The notes under the pieces are model-generated. The model ran no database searches and was not told the DNA's origin. It saw only the letters and a program-made list of their open reading frames with translations. Positions 43,691-53,419 of a stretch of 64,000 bases of DNA are shown here, piece by piece. Source of the stretch: an uncultured Alphaproteobacteria bacterium. Its GTDB lineage: Bacteria; Pseudomonadota; Alphaproteobacteria; Rs-D84. Position 1 is the first letter of the stretch. The number at the start of each line of letters is the position of its first letter. The position numbers and the translations under genes are program-made. The DNA is taken from contig CAMRWN010000004.1 in assembly GCA_947054455.1 (NCBI GenBank), forward strand, positions 11,867-75,866, written 5' to 3'.

Positions 43691-45010
43691 ATGTTGAAAA
43701 GAATTGTTGTGCTGGTTGCGTTCTGCTGTCTGTTTGTGGTGCCGGTCCGTGCCGAGCTGAAGGTGGATATCGTTGCCGGCGGCGCTGCGCCGACATCGGT
43801 TGCGGTGCAGAAGTTTGAAACGGTGGGCGATGTTTCTGCGGCGGATGCAAAAATGATACGCCAGGTTGTAGAGGATGATTTAAAACGCACCGGCCTGTTT
43901 CGCATCGTCGGACATGACGCCTTTCCGGAATATGTGAAAATGGGTTCAATGCCAAACTTTAAGTCATGGATGGCGATAAAGGCACAGGTGCTGGTTCAGG
44001 CAAAGCTGACACAGCAGGCGGGCGAACGTTATAATCTGGAGTTTTATGTATGGGATGTAAACGGGGCCGAGCAGATAGAGGCCCAGTCATTGGTTGCGTC
44101 CCGTAAATCCGCGCGCCGAATGGCGCATATAATGGCGGATGCGATTTACGAGCGGCTGACCGGCGAAGTCGGATATTTCGACACGCAAATTGTATTTATC
44201 GCGGAAACCGGCCCGGTACATAACCGAACCAAGCGCATGGCCATAATGGACCAGGACGGATACGGTATGCGTTATTTGTCCGATGAAAACACGTTTGTGA
44301 TGTCGCCGCACTTTTCGCCCAACATGCAGACGGTGGTCTTTCTGTCATATCGCGACGACGACCCGATGGTTTGGACGTTGGACTTGGATACGGGCGACCA
44401 GCGGCGTTTGGGACAGTTCGGCGGTATGAATTTTGCGCCGCGGTTTTCGCCGGATGGCACCAGAATCGCGCTGTCGCTGGTCAAGGATGGAATAACGCAT
44501 ATATATGAATATGACATGGAATCGAAAAAGCTGCGGCAGTTGACTTTTGGCAACTCGCTCAACACCAGTCCGTCATATTCGCCCGACGGTAAAAAGCTGG
44601 CCTTTAATTCCGACCGTTCGGGGCGCCAACAGATTCATGTCATGGATTTGGACACGCTGGCCGAGCAGCGCATAACATACGGCGCGGGCCGGTACGCAAC
44701 GCCGGCATGGTCGCCCGACGGCCAGTTCATCGCGTTTACCAAAATGGCGGACGACACGTTTTACATAGGCGTTATGAATCCGCGCGGGCGAAATGAAAAA
44801 ATTCTGGCCGGCGGCTGGTTTATGGAGGCGCCTTCCTGGGCGCCGGGGTCGCGCCGCGTGGTTTATTATGAAACGGAAAAGGCGCTGGACGGGATAGAGC
44901 GTATCAGCCATATCCGCAGTGTGGATATTACCGGCCAGAACATATATGATATCGAACTGCCGGAAAATGTGAATGGTCTGGAACCAACATGGTCGCCGAA
45001 ACTGCCGTAG
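43691..45010 (+). CDS. tolB: Tol-Pal system periplasmic protein TolB
   Basis: Signal peptide, TolB N-domain and six-blade beta-propeller repeats (SPDGTRIALS, SPDGKKLAFNSDRSG, SPDGQFIAFT). Confidence 0.9.
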   Translation: MLKRIVVLVAFCCLFVVPVRAELKVDIVAGGAAPTSVAVQKFETVGDVSAADAKMIRQVVEDDLKRTGLFRIVGHDAFPEYVKMGSMPNFKSWMAIKAQVLVQAKLTQQAGERYNLEFYVWDVNGAEQIEAQSLVASRKSARRMAHIMADAIYERLTGEVGYFDTQIVFIAETGPVHNRTKRMAIMDQDGYGMRYLSDENTFVMSPHFSPNMQTVVFLSYRDDDPMVWTLDLDTGDQRRLGQFGGMNFAPRFSPDGTRIALSLVKDGITHIYEYDMESKKLRQLTFGNSLNTSPSYSPDGKKLAFNSDRSGRQQIHVMDLDTLAEQRITYGAGRYATPAWSPDGQFIAFTKMADDTFYIGVMNPRGRNEKILAGGWFMEAPSWAPGSRRVVYYETEKALDGIERISHIRSVDITGQNIYDIELPENVNGLEPTWSPKLP

Positions 45011-45011
45011 C

Positions 45012-45038
45012 AAAAAAATCCCGCGATGCGGGATTTTT
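45012..45038 (+). terminator. Terminator after tolB
   Basis: AAAAAAATCCCGC-GAT-GCGGGATTTTT. Confidence 0.7.
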
Positions 45039-45074
45039 GTTTGTTTTATTTTCATATCATTATAAAATGCGAAC

Positions 45075-45500
45075 ATGAATAAAATCATTTCTGCGGTGTT
45101 TGCAATCTGTTTTGTGCCGCGCTGCGCGTCGGCGGTTCCCGCCGTGGTTGATTATATTTTCGATGGCGACACATTTGCGGCGTATGTAAATCTGGCGCCG
45201 GACATATCCGTGTCTGTACGCGTCAGGCTGATTAACGTCGATACACCCGAAATCCACGGACAATGTGCGTCTGAAATCACGCGGGCGCTGCAGGCGCGCG
45301 ACAGACTGGCGGAATTGATTCCCGTCGGGACGGTTGTCGAATTGGAAAACATCAAGGATGACAAATATCTTGGGCGAATTGATGCAAACGTTTTCGCATC
45401 CGATGGCCGCGATGTGGGAATTGTGTTAATCCGCGAGAAGCTGGGGCGTCCGTATTCCGGCGGTCGTCGCATGTCGTGGTGCGACGGCACCGCGCAGTAA
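45075..45500 (+). CDS. Secreted thermonuclease (SNase-like) protein
   Basis: Signal peptide, plus DGDTFAAYV...VRLINVDTPE...LGRID and RPY motifs of staphylococcal-nuclease homologues. Confidence 0.8.
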   Translation: MNKIISAVFAICFVPRCASAVPAVVDYIFDGDTFAAYVNLAPDISVSVRVRLINVDTPEIHGQCASEITRALQARDRLAELIPVGTVVELENIKDDKYLGRIDANVFASDGRDVGIVLIREKLGRPYSGGRRMSWCDGTAQ

Positions 45501-45525
45501 AAAATCCCGCATCGCGGGATTTTTA
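45499..45525. terminator. Bidirectional terminator (nuclease / plsC)
   Basis: AAAAAATCCCGC-ATC-GCGGGATTTTT, the inverted copy of the hairpin at 45012-45038. Confidence 0.7.
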
Positions 45526-45526
45526 T

Positions 45527-46234
45527 TTATGCACTGTGGCGGTTTATCGCCTCGCTTATTTCATCCAGTGATGCGTTGCATGGCAGCAGGGGCTCGAAAT
45601 AAACATTGGCGGTGCCGCTGTGAACACGGCCGTGTTTGGGCCAGAACTTGCCGGCATCGGTTCCCACCGGCAGAATAGGCAGTTTCAGCTGATGCGCGAT
45701 ATAGAGCAGGCCACGGCGCAGTGGTATGCGCTGTCCCGGTTTTGCGCGCGTGCCTTCGGGGAATATAATCAGAATCTGGCCGTCCATTATTTTTTTCGCC
45801 ACCTTGGCCGCCAGCTTGTTCATGTTTGTTTTGCCGCGTGTTCTGTTTACCGGAACCAAGCCCATCCGCCAAAACGCCCATCCGTAAACCGGTATCCACA
45901 TTATTTCACGCTTTACAATAAAAAAGGAGTTCGGTACCACCTTGGACAATATTGCGATTTCCAAAATCGACATGTGTTTGGCGGCGATTATCGCCTTGCC
46001 ATCCAGGCGATAGTTGCCGTTTGGCATTGCGGGAACGCCGTTTTCTTCGCGCGGGGGATAATGTACGGCGTATTTTATGCCGCATACCAGACGCGCCACC
46101 CACAGTACGCCCGCCGCGCACGTTTTTACCAGGAAATCATTCAGGCGTTTTGACACCAGCCCCACCAGCAGCAGCGGCGACCATGCCAGGAAATAAAGTC
46201 CCAGTATTAATTTAAATAAGATTGTTTTTATCAT
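45527..46234 (-). CDS. plsC: 1-acyl-sn-glycerol-3-phosphate acyltransferase
   Basis: An N-terminal TM helix, an acyltransferase block I variant (AAKHMSILE) and block III (IFPEGTR). I place the start at MIKTILFKL. Confidence 0.8.
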   Translation of the reverse strand: MIKTILFKLILGLYFLAWSPLLLVGLVSKRLNDFLVKTCAAGVLWVARLVCGIKYAVHYPPREENGVPAMPNGNYRLDGKAIIAAKHMSILEIAILSKVVPNSFFIVKREIMWIPVYGWAFWRMGLVPVNRTRGKTNMNKLAAKVAKKIMDGQILIIFPEGTRAKPGQRIPLRRGLLYIAHQLKLPILPVGTDAGKFWPKHGRVHSGTANVYFEPLLPCNASLDEISEAINRHSA

Positions 46235-46245
46235 GATGTTTTCCT

Positions 46246-46758
46246 TTACCAACTTTCCTTGATTCCGATCATCGTCGCGATATATTTTATATATTCCGTG
46301 GTCCAACGTTCAAGTCTTTTTGCAGGCGGCATCCCGGCCAGTGCAGCAGGACAGGCGACGATTTCCATTCCCGGCAATTGTCCGCGCACCAGGTACAGTG
46401 CGCGGTTCATATGGTCTTCGGTTGTGATGATAACCAGACGGTCCAGACCGGTTTGACGGGCAATTTTTCTTATCGCAACGGCGTTTTGATATGTAGATTT
46501 CGAATCGGATTCCACCGATGCGCGGCGCGTTATGGCCGGTGATGCGTTCGCGCCGGCACCGATTATGTATAAATCTGCGTCAGGGTATTTCGACAGTTGC
46601 CGCATCGCAAAAGGAATACGTCGCGCATCGCCCGTCAGGACGAATATGCTGTCGTCCGGTCGCAATTGCGGACAGCGTGTCGGTGCGGCCGATTTGAAAA
46701 CCATTCCGCCGATAACAAATAATGCGACAACTAAAAAAGACGGTGTAAAGAATTTCAT
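46246..46758 (-). CDS. DUF218 (YdcF/ElyC-like) protein
   Basis: IFVLTGDARR, STYQNAVAIRKI and LVIITTEDHMNRA motifs. Its ATG overlaps the ftsX TGA (TGATG). Confidence 0.65.
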   Translation of the reverse strand: MKFFTPSFLVVALFVIGGMVFKSAAPTRCPQLRPDDSIFVLTGDARRIPFAMRQLSKYPDADLYIIGAGANASPAITRRASVESDSKSTYQNAVAIRKIARQTGLDRLVIITTEDHMNRALYLVRGQLPGMEIVACPAALAGMPPAKRLERWTTEYIKYIATMIGIKESW

Positions 46759-47594
46759 CAGTTGTTTTTCAAAATGTTCAGCGTTGTGCGCCGCGTTATA
46801 TAAATTGCGAATACTATGATTGCAACCGGCATCATAATCAGCGCCATCCATCCGGCCCCCGACAGGCCCATCATCGCCATCAGGCCCACGCGCGCCGATT
46901 TCGCCGCCGACAGCACCAGCATCAGTACCACCGCCGCCGCCGCAAATCCGGCCGCGCCCGCGACGGCGCATATTTTGGCCGTGATAATTTGCATCTGGCG
47001 GGCGACAAAAGCGTCGGTGGCGCCGATTTGGTTCAGTATTTCCAGTTCGCGCCGGTGCAGCATGGCCGTGTTGCGCGCTATGTATGACACGCATACGCCA
47101 ATTGTCCCCAGTGCGCATCCCAGCACAATTGCCGCGATTAAAATCATTTTCCAACCCGCCGCGGTCGATGTCCGCAGCGCCTGGGCGTGCGTCAGAAACC
47201 GTGCGTGCGGCGCGATTTGCTTGCCGACTGATTCCAGGTCGGATTTTGTGTTGAATTTCACCTCCCACATTTTGGGCAGATAGTTTTGCAGCGCGCCGCC
47301 GCCCGATAGCCACGGACGCAGCAAATCCGCCATTTCATCCGCGGTTATTTCCCGCGACAGGGCGATTTTGTCTGACTGGGTTCCCAGAATTTTTCGAACC
47401 GCACCCTCGTTATCGGAATTCATTACCTGAACTGTTGCGAACAAATCCCATTGCGCGTTCCAGCGCATCACGCCTGTTCCAATCGCCAGCGCAATCCCCA
47501 GCGCCATGACCGACAGAAAGGTCAGCAGCGACATTATTGCCGTCATGAATACGGATTGTTCGCGAACCAGTGAAAATACAATCGGCTTTTTCAT
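46758..47594 (-). CDS. ftsX: Cell-division permease-like protein FtsX
   Basis: Four TM segments with a periplasmic loop. It lies directly after ftsE with a 0-nt gap. Confidence 0.8.
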   Translation of the reverse strand: MKKPIVFSLVREQSVFMTAIMSLLTFLSVMALGIALAIGTGVMRWNAQWDLFATVQVMNSDNEGAVRKILGTQSDKIALSREITADEMADLLRPWLSGGGALQNYLPKMWEVKFNTKSDLESVGKQIAPHARFLTHAQALRTSTAAGWKMILIAAIVLGCALGTIGVCVSYIARNTAMLHRRELEILNQIGATDAFVARQMQIITAKICAVAGAAGFAAAAVVLMLVLSAAKSARVGLMAMMGLSGAGWMALIMMPVAIIVFAIYITRRTTLNILKNN

Positions 47595-48386
47595 TTATGC
47601 GTTTCCAATATCGTCAAACTGTTTTGACAGTTCCGTGAAATAATTCTGTGGCTTGGGGCCTTTCCATGTTTTCTTGGCGGCCGCATCCGCGGTGGTACGC
47701 GCGGCGGCGGTGCCTTGGAATCCGACCTTGTGGTTTTCCACGTGAATTACCGGGAATTTGTACGTGTCCATCAGCTTTTTGCTGTGTGTCGCCAGAATTA
47801 TGGTCGTGCCGAACATTTTGTTCATTTGTATAAACAGTTCCATCAGGCGGGACGCGTTTTCATCGTCCAGATTGCCCGTCGGTTCGTCGGCCAGCAGTAT
47901 TGAAGGCTGGACTATGATTGCGCGGGCGACCGACACACGCTGCTGCTGGCCGCCGGACAGTGATTTGGGGTTGGCGTCGGCGTATTTGCCCAAACCGACC
48001 CATTCCAAAACCTTGGCCACCAGTTTTTGTATCTTTGATTCTGATATGCCGCGAACGCGCAGGGGCAGGGCCACGTTGTCGAACACGGTCAGGTGCGACA
48101 ACAGCGAGTATTCCTGAAACACAATCGCCATTTTGTGGCGCAGGCGCGCTATGTCGTCGCGCGTCATGTCGCCTGTGTTTTTTCCAAACAGCTTTATCTG
48201 GCCGCGTGCGGGTTTGTGCAGCTGGTATATCAGGCGCAGCAGTGTTGTTTTTCCGGCGCCTGATGCCCCGGATAGAAAATAGAACGAACCCGCGCTGATG
48301 TTAAATGACACATCGCTGAGCACTTCGTCCGCATTGTCGTACGCCGCGGCGACGTTTGCAAAGGAAATAGCAGTCTTTTCTTCCAT
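47595..48386 (-). CDS. ftsE: Cell-division ATP-binding protein FtsE
   Basis: Walker [10 protein letters not shown], signature [14 protein letters not shown] and Walker [11 protein letters not shown] place the start at MEEKTAISF. It has a C-terminal extension of about 40 aa. Confidence 0.9.
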   Translation of the reverse strand: MEEKTAISFANVAAAYDNADEVLSDVSFNISAGSFYFLSGASGAGKTTLLRLIYQLHKPARGQIKLFGKNTGDMTRDDIARLRHKMAIVFQEYSLLSHLTVFDNVALPLRVRGISESKIQKLVAKVLEWVGLGKYADANPKSLSGGQQQRVSVARAIIVQPSILLADEPTGNLDDENASRLMELFIQMNKMFGTTIILATHSKKLMDTYKFPVIHVENHKVGFQGTAAARTTADAAAKKTWKGPKPQNYFTELSKQFDDIGNA

Positions 48387-48451
48387 GATTCGGATGGTAG
48401 TAAAAAAAGGTTTGCCGGTCAAGAAAATGAAAAACGCCCGAAGGCGTTTGA

Positions 48452-48847
48452 TTATTTAACGGTTGTCGTGGTGTTTCTGTTTTTTGCCCAGATTTTTTCA
48501 CCGGTTCCCGGATACTGCGGATTTTCCTTGCCATAGGAAACGGTTTTGATGCGGGCCGGTTCAATGCCTTCCTTTATTATGACGTGCGCGGCGTTTCCTG
48601 CGCGCAGCGCCCCCAGCGCCAGATTGTATTCGGTGGAACCGCGTTCGTCGCAGTGGCCGCCCATCACAATGTTTATGTCGGGATTTTTCTTCATATATAA
48701 CGCCTGTTTTTCCAGGTCGCGGCGCGCCGCATCGGATATTTCGGCAGAGTCAAATGCAAAGAAAACCTTGTCATCGTTGATTTTGTTCGGAACGCCGCCG
48801 CATGCCGCCAAAGAGGCCAGGGCCGCAATCAATAAAAATTTTTTCAT
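48452..48847 (-). CDS. pal: Peptidoglycan-associated lipoprotein (OmpA family)
   Basis: Lipobox LAACGG and an OmpA-C domain (GHCDERGSTEYNLALGALRA). Confidence 0.85.
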   Translation of the reverse strand: MKKFLLIAALASLAACGGVPNKINDDKVFFAFDSAEISDAARRDLEKQALYMKKNPDINIVMGGHCDERGSTEYNLALGALRAGNAAHVIIKEGIEPARIKTVSYGKENPQYPGTGEKIWAKNRNTTTTVK

Positions 48848-48978
48848 TTGTTTTTCCCTTTGTTTTATAAGGAAAATTTACCATGTTTTGCAAAAAGTTG
48901 TCAATATGTGTTTTTATGTTTTGGAAAATATTCGTTTTTGTGATATCTTATTATGAAAAAGTAGGGGGATATTTCAAG

Positions 48979-49710
48979 ATGAAAAAAATTGTTTCTTTGG
49001 CTGTTTTGTGTGCAATGACTATGCCGGTGTTTGCGGCGCCCGCCCGTCCCAGCTATATAAAGCGCGACGCGGACGGCGGATACAACATAACTTATAGTTA
49101 TAATGACAAGGCCAAGACCGGATGGTACGTGGGCGGTCGCGCGGAACTGAGCTTTTTGAACTGGAAAAACAAATATTCGTCTGATGACCCCAAACTTGGC
49201 GGTGCCAGCGACAAGTATTCGTTTGAACCGGTCTTTGGCGGTGGTGTGTTCGCGGGCCGCACGTTTGGGTATTTTTGGCGCGCTGAATTAGAGGCGGGAT
49301 ATCTGGGCTATTTTGATGACAAGGGCGACGGCGCGGAATTTTCGCTGTCGGTTCCGTATGTTATGGCAAACGGATATTATGACTTTGACAACGGTTTTTA
49401 TGCCGGGGCCGGGGTGGGTGTCGCGATACCGACAACAGAAATGGACGCATATGTTATTCAGGATAACGGAATGCTGATAAAGATGGAGGGCGACAACACC
49501 AAAAAGACGGCGGTGTCCCCGATGGGCGGCGTGTATTTGGGTTGGTCGCGCAAATTGGACGACAATCTGGTTTTTGATTTGCGTTATCGTCTGGCGGGCC
49601 TGACAGGTACAAAACACACGCGTCGTCTGAACAACGGTTATGATTATGAAAACAAAATCGGCCTGATTCTGGACAATTCGCTGTCCATGGGGCTGAGATA
49701 TGAATTTTAG
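48979..49710 (+). CDS. Outer-membrane beta-barrel protein (paralogue type of 4089)
   Basis: Signal MKKIVSLAVLCAMTMPVFA, alternating strands and a C-terminal LRYEF. Confidence 0.6.
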   Translation: MKKIVSLAVLCAMTMPVFAAPARPSYIKRDADGGYNITYSYNDKAKTGWYVGGRAELSFLNWKNKYSSDDPKLGGASDKYSFEPVFGGGVFAGRTFGYFWRAELEAGYLGYFDDKGDGAEFSLSVPYVMANGYYDFDNGFYAGAGVGVAIPTTEMDAYVIQDNGMLIKMEGDNTKKTAVSPMGGVYLGWSRKLDDNLVFDLRYRLAGLTGTKHTRRLNNGYDYENKIGLILDNSLSMGLRYEF

Positions 49711-49772
49711 CGCAATAATGGGTTGTATTGAATACGTCAAATATGGCATCATTGACTAGGTAGAGAGAATAA

Positions 49773-51407
49773 ATGAAACATAGTGTGTGGATTTCAACAA
49801 TAGCGGTTGTTTGTGTTATTTGCGCATCGGTGTCCGATGCGAATGCGGCGGCGTCCGTGCGTTCGCTGGGGGGGGCTGGCACATACAGCAGCGCGTCCGC
49901 CGCGTCTTCGGCCGCGTCGGCAAAGCCCAGTGCCGCAATCAATGCGGTGCGCGGTGGTTCCATGCGTGTTTCGCCGTCGGCTTCGGCGCGGCCCGGTACA
50001 CCGGTAAAGACGACGGGAACCCCGATAACAACGCAGCGTTTGTCCATAGGTAAACATTTGGGTGGTGCGACATCGGTCAGCGGCGGTTCGTCGACGCGTC
50101 CCGGCACGAGTGGTGGTGGAACCAGTGGCGGCGGCACGCTGGATCCGGGGGCTACGGCCGATTTGGAACGCCAGATTGACGATTTGTACAGCCAGGTGGA
50201 TAAACTGGGCAAGGCCGACGAAGACCTGGCCGCGGCGCTGGATGGAAAGCAGGCGGCGCTGAATTCCACCGACGGACTGATTGTTATTGAAGACGACGGC
50301 AACATGTCGCTGGACGTCGAAGGATTAAAGGCGGCGATGGATGTCGCAGTCGGCCAGGATGGCCGCGAGGTTGTAATCGGCACCAATGCCGTCGGTGATA
50401 TTGTGTGGCAGTACGAAGGCGACGGCCCCGATGAATGGCAGTTGCTGATTGCAAAACAAGATTTGGTTGGTCCCCAGGGCCCCCAGGGTGAAAAGGGTGA
50501 GCCGGGAATCGCGGCGGATATGGACTTGTATTCCACAACCGCGGAAATGAATGACGCCATTGCGTCGGCGATAACCGCGGCATCAGCCGGATGGGCCACT
50601 AAGGAGGATTTGGAAGCCAAGGCCGAGAAAACCGAACTGGCGGGGTTGGCAACCAAGGAAGAGGTCAAGACTTCGTTTGATGCCATTTCACAGGATATAA
50701 ACACCGCGCTGGACGATGTATACACCAAGGCCGAAGTGGACGAGAAGGTTGCGGATGTTGTCGCCGGCGACATGAGCGAGGCGTTGAAAGCCTATGCCAC
50801 GACAGAACAGTTGAATGCCGGTCTGGCCGGCAAGGCTTCAACGTCTGATTTGACGAAATTGGAAGCTACGGTCATATCGGTCGGTAATGCGGCCGACGGC
50901 GCCAAGGCCGCGGCCGATGCGGCGGCCAAGTCCGCAGAGGAGGCAAAGACCGCGCTGACTGGCAAGGCGGACAAATCTGAGATACCGACCGTTCCGACCA
51001 AGGTCAGCGAGTTTCAAAATGATGCCGGATATCTGACGGCGCACCAGTCGCTGGCGGGATTGGCGACCAAGGAAGAACTGGCCGCGTACGCGACGACCGA
51101 CGCGGTTAACAAGACGGTCAATGATGTAAAAACCGAACTGCAGGAAGAAATTCAGAACGTTGTTGCCGGCGACGTCAGCCAGGAAATCAACAACGCTGTG
51201 GCGCAACAGGTTCAGAATATCAAAATTACCAATACCCAGATTGCGGCGGATGCGGAAATCGCGCGTTCGAAGCTGGCGGCTGATGTCCGTGCATCTTTGG
51301 ATGCCGCGGATTCCATGATAACGGCACCGCAAACCGGCGACTTTGTTCTGTTTGTCAGCGATGGTGAAAAGAGCTGGGCCAAGGTCGTTGATGCAAACGG
51401 ACAATAG
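49773..51407 (+). CDS. Secreted fibre protein 1 (collagen-like triplets plus coiled-coil, tail-fibre-like)
   Basis: Signal peptide, a Ser/Ala/Gly-rich region, GPQGPQGEKGEPG (50469-50507), repeated LAGLATKEE units and the tail GDFVLFVSDGEKSWAKVV. Confidence 0.7.
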   Translation: MKHSVWISTIAVVCVICASVSDANAAASVRSLGGAGTYSSASAASSAASAKPSAAINAVRGGSMRVSPSASARPGTPVKTTGTPITTQRLSIGKHLGGATSVSGGSSTRPGTSGGGTSGGGTLDPGATADLERQIDDLYSQVDKLGKADEDLAAALDGKQAALNSTDGLIVIEDDGNMSLDVEGLKAAMDVAVGQDGREVVIGTNAVGDIVWQYEGDGPDEWQLLIAKQDLVGPQGPQGEKGEPGIAADMDLYSTTAEMNDAIASAITAASAGWATKEDLEAKAEKTELAGLATKEEVKTSFDAISQDINTALDDVYTKAEVDEKVADVVAGDMSEALKAYATTEQLNAGLAGKASTSDLTKLEATVISVGNAADGAKAAADAAAKSAEEAKTALTGKADKSEIPTVPTKVSEFQNDAGYLTAHQSLAGLATKEELAAYATTDAVNKTVNDVKTELQEEIQNVVAGDVSQEINNAVAQQVQNIKITNTQIAADAEIARSKLAADVRASLDAADSMITAPQTGDFVLFVSDGEKSWAKVVDANGQ

Positions 51408-51473
51408 GAATGAAACAATTTCGCTGGCTTTCTTATAAAAAGCGGTGATAAAGGCAAGAAAAGGAAGTATGAA

Positions 51474-52364
51474 ATGAAAATAAAAAATATTGCTTTTTCC
51501 GGGGTGGCGGCGGCCATATTCGGCATGAGTGCGGCACATGCGGCGCCTGTGGAAATCGCAAGCCGGGCATATGTGGACAATGTCAGGGACGCGACATTGC
51601 AAACAGTGTCCAATACATATATCACCAGCGAGGATGCCGCGAACACATACGTTAACAACACGCAGCTGGGCGACCAGATTACAAACAATATAACCAACGC
51701 GCTGCAGGATGCAGATTCCGCAATTGCCAAGGAATTGGCGACCAAGGCGGACGCGTCGGATGTAAATACGCTGCGCACGGATGTAAACGGATTGAAAACG
51801 GCGGTCGGCGACGAGACGTCGGGTCTGACCAAGGCAACGGCGGACGCGGCGGCAACGGCGGCGGCGGCCGACAAAAAGGCGTCCGATGCAGCGGCCCAGG
51901 CCACAAAAAATGCCACTGATTTGACGGCGCTGGACGTTCGGGTTACGAAAAATACAAATGATATCGCTGCTATAAACAGCGGCATCGACAAAACTGTTGC
52001 CGATGCGATTGCGGGCGCCTTGACCGGCGAGGGTGAAATCAAGGAATCCATTGATGCCGCAATTGATAGCGCGATTGGGGATTTGCCGATTGGTACACTG
52101 ACAACGGATGTTGCAAACTTAAAGACAACCGTTGGCGATGACACGACCGGTCTGGTAAAGGATGTTGCCGACAATTCGGCTGCAATTGAAACATTAAACG
52201 GTGATGAAAATACAGCAGGCAGTGTTGCAAACACTGTCAAATCCTTGGCGGTGCCACAGCCGACAGGTGATTGCGCAGCACAATCAGGACGTTGCGTATT
52301 GTCTTATGACACGACCGCAAAGGGCGTTGTCTGGATGGATGTGACGTCGCCGCTTGGTGAATAA
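51474..52364 (+). CDS. Secreted fibre protein 2 (tail-fibre-like)
   Basis: Signal ...SAAHA|APVEIASRAYVD, repeated KADxSDV/LNGxxxTAGSV units and the C-terminal CAAQSGRCVLSYDTTAKGVVWMDV. Confidence 0.7.
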   Translation: MKIKNIAFSGVAAAIFGMSAAHAAPVEIASRAYVDNVRDATLQTVSNTYITSEDAANTYVNNTQLGDQITNNITNALQDADSAIAKELATKADASDVNTLRTDVNGLKTAVGDETSGLTKATADAAATAAAADKKASDAAAQATKNATDLTALDVRVTKNTNDIAAINSGIDKTVADAIAGALTGEGEIKESIDAAIDSAIGDLPIGTLTTDVANLKTTVGDDTTGLVKDVADNSAAIETLNGDENTAGSVANTVKSLAVPQPTGDCAAQSGRCVLSYDTTAKGVVWMDVTSPLGE

Positions 52365-52392
52365 AACAAATAAAAAGTAAAGGAAGAAAATT

Positions 52393-53307
52393 ATGAAAAA
52401 ATTAACTGCTGGTATTTTCACTGTCATGCTGGGCATTGTCGGCATGGGCGCGGCGAACGCGGAAATTGCGTCCAAGGCGTATGTTGACCAAACAACAGGC
52501 TCCGTTGAGACAAAGGTAGAAAGCCTGACGCAAATTGTGAATGCAAATGCCGGTACCGCCGCAGACAACAAAGAAGCGATAGAAACATTGACCAGCCAAC
52601 TGGAGGGCAAGGCCGATACATCCGCGTTGGATACGCTGGCGGGGCGCGTAGATGCAAACACCGCTTCGATTACAACGCTGAACGGTTCCGGCGAGGGCAG
52701 TGTTGCAAAGAAAATTACGGATGCGTTGACACCCTATGCCAAGACCGCCGATGTTGCGACCCAGATTCAGGGTGCGACCGCCGGATTGTTGAGTGCGACA
52801 GACGCCGATGCGGCATATGCACCGATTGCGACCAAGGACACTGCGGATGCCAACAAGGCCGCTATTGAAAAATTGAACGGCACGGCTGAAACAGCGGGCA
52901 GTATCTTGAACACTTTGGCGCCTTATGCCAAAACGGCTGATGTAAACGCATCTTTGGCCGACGTAAATACCGAAGTGGGCAAGAAAGTTTCCACGGATAC
53001 ATATAATACACAAATCGGTGTGGTTAACCCAACGAATATGGGTGCGTCCGCCAGTGCGACAACGGTTGTTGCCGGTATCAAGGAAGCAAACGAGAATGTT
53101 AAAAGGAACGAACAGAATATTACTGCCAACCGCGAGGCGATTGATAAAAGCTTAGCCGAATTGGGTACGGATGTTGAAAGCAGACTGCCGCGTCCGACCG
53201 ACGCATGTGCGGATCCAAAGAACAAGTGTGTTCTGGTGTCTGCGGGCAAAGGTAATTATACATGGGAAGTTATAGAACGCGGTACCAGCGAAACTTCTGG
53301 AAACTAG
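52393..53307 (+). CDS. Secreted fibre protein 3 (tail-fibre-like)
   Basis: Signal ...GAANA|EIASKAYVDQ, with the same repeat grammar and the C-terminal CADPKNKCVLVSAGKGNYTWEVI. Confidence 0.7.
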   Translation: MKKLTAGIFTVMLGIVGMGAANAEIASKAYVDQTTGSVETKVESLTQIVNANAGTAADNKEAIETLTSQLEGKADTSALDTLAGRVDANTASITTLNGSGEGSVAKKITDALTPYAKTADVATQIQGATAGLLSATDADAAYAPIATKDTADANKAAIEKLNGTAETAGSILNTLAPYAKTADVNASLADVNTEVGKKVSTDTYNTQIGVVNPTNMGASASATTVVAGIKEANENVKRNEQNITANREAIDKSLAELGTDVESRLPRPTDACADPKNKCVLVSAGKGNYTWEVIERGTSETSGN

Positions 53308-53318
53308 GCACGGGTTGT

Positions 53319-53348
53319 GCATGGATTGGCGTCAATGCCAATCCATGC
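53319..53348. other. Perfect 12-bp stem hairpin between fibre genes 3 and 4
   Basis: GCATGGATTGGC-GTCAAT-GCCAATCCATGC. No T-run follows. Confidence 0.6.
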
Positions 53349-53419
53349 GCCCGACGCGTGGACATACACAGACATTGCGTAAATATTTATAAGACATATA
53401 CGAAAGAGCAGAACTGATT

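Noticed and set aside
43443-43955. A 170-aa minus-strand ORF spanning the GT-rich tract and the start of tolB.
   Set aside because: It is a low-complexity His/Pro/Gln-rich translation of the CA-rich strand, overlaps tolB, and has no start context.
50469-50507. Treating the collagen-like region as a true collagen domain.
   Set aside because: There are only about four or five consecutive G-X-Y triplets. That fits a short trimerisation or spacer element as in phage fibres, not a collagen stalk.
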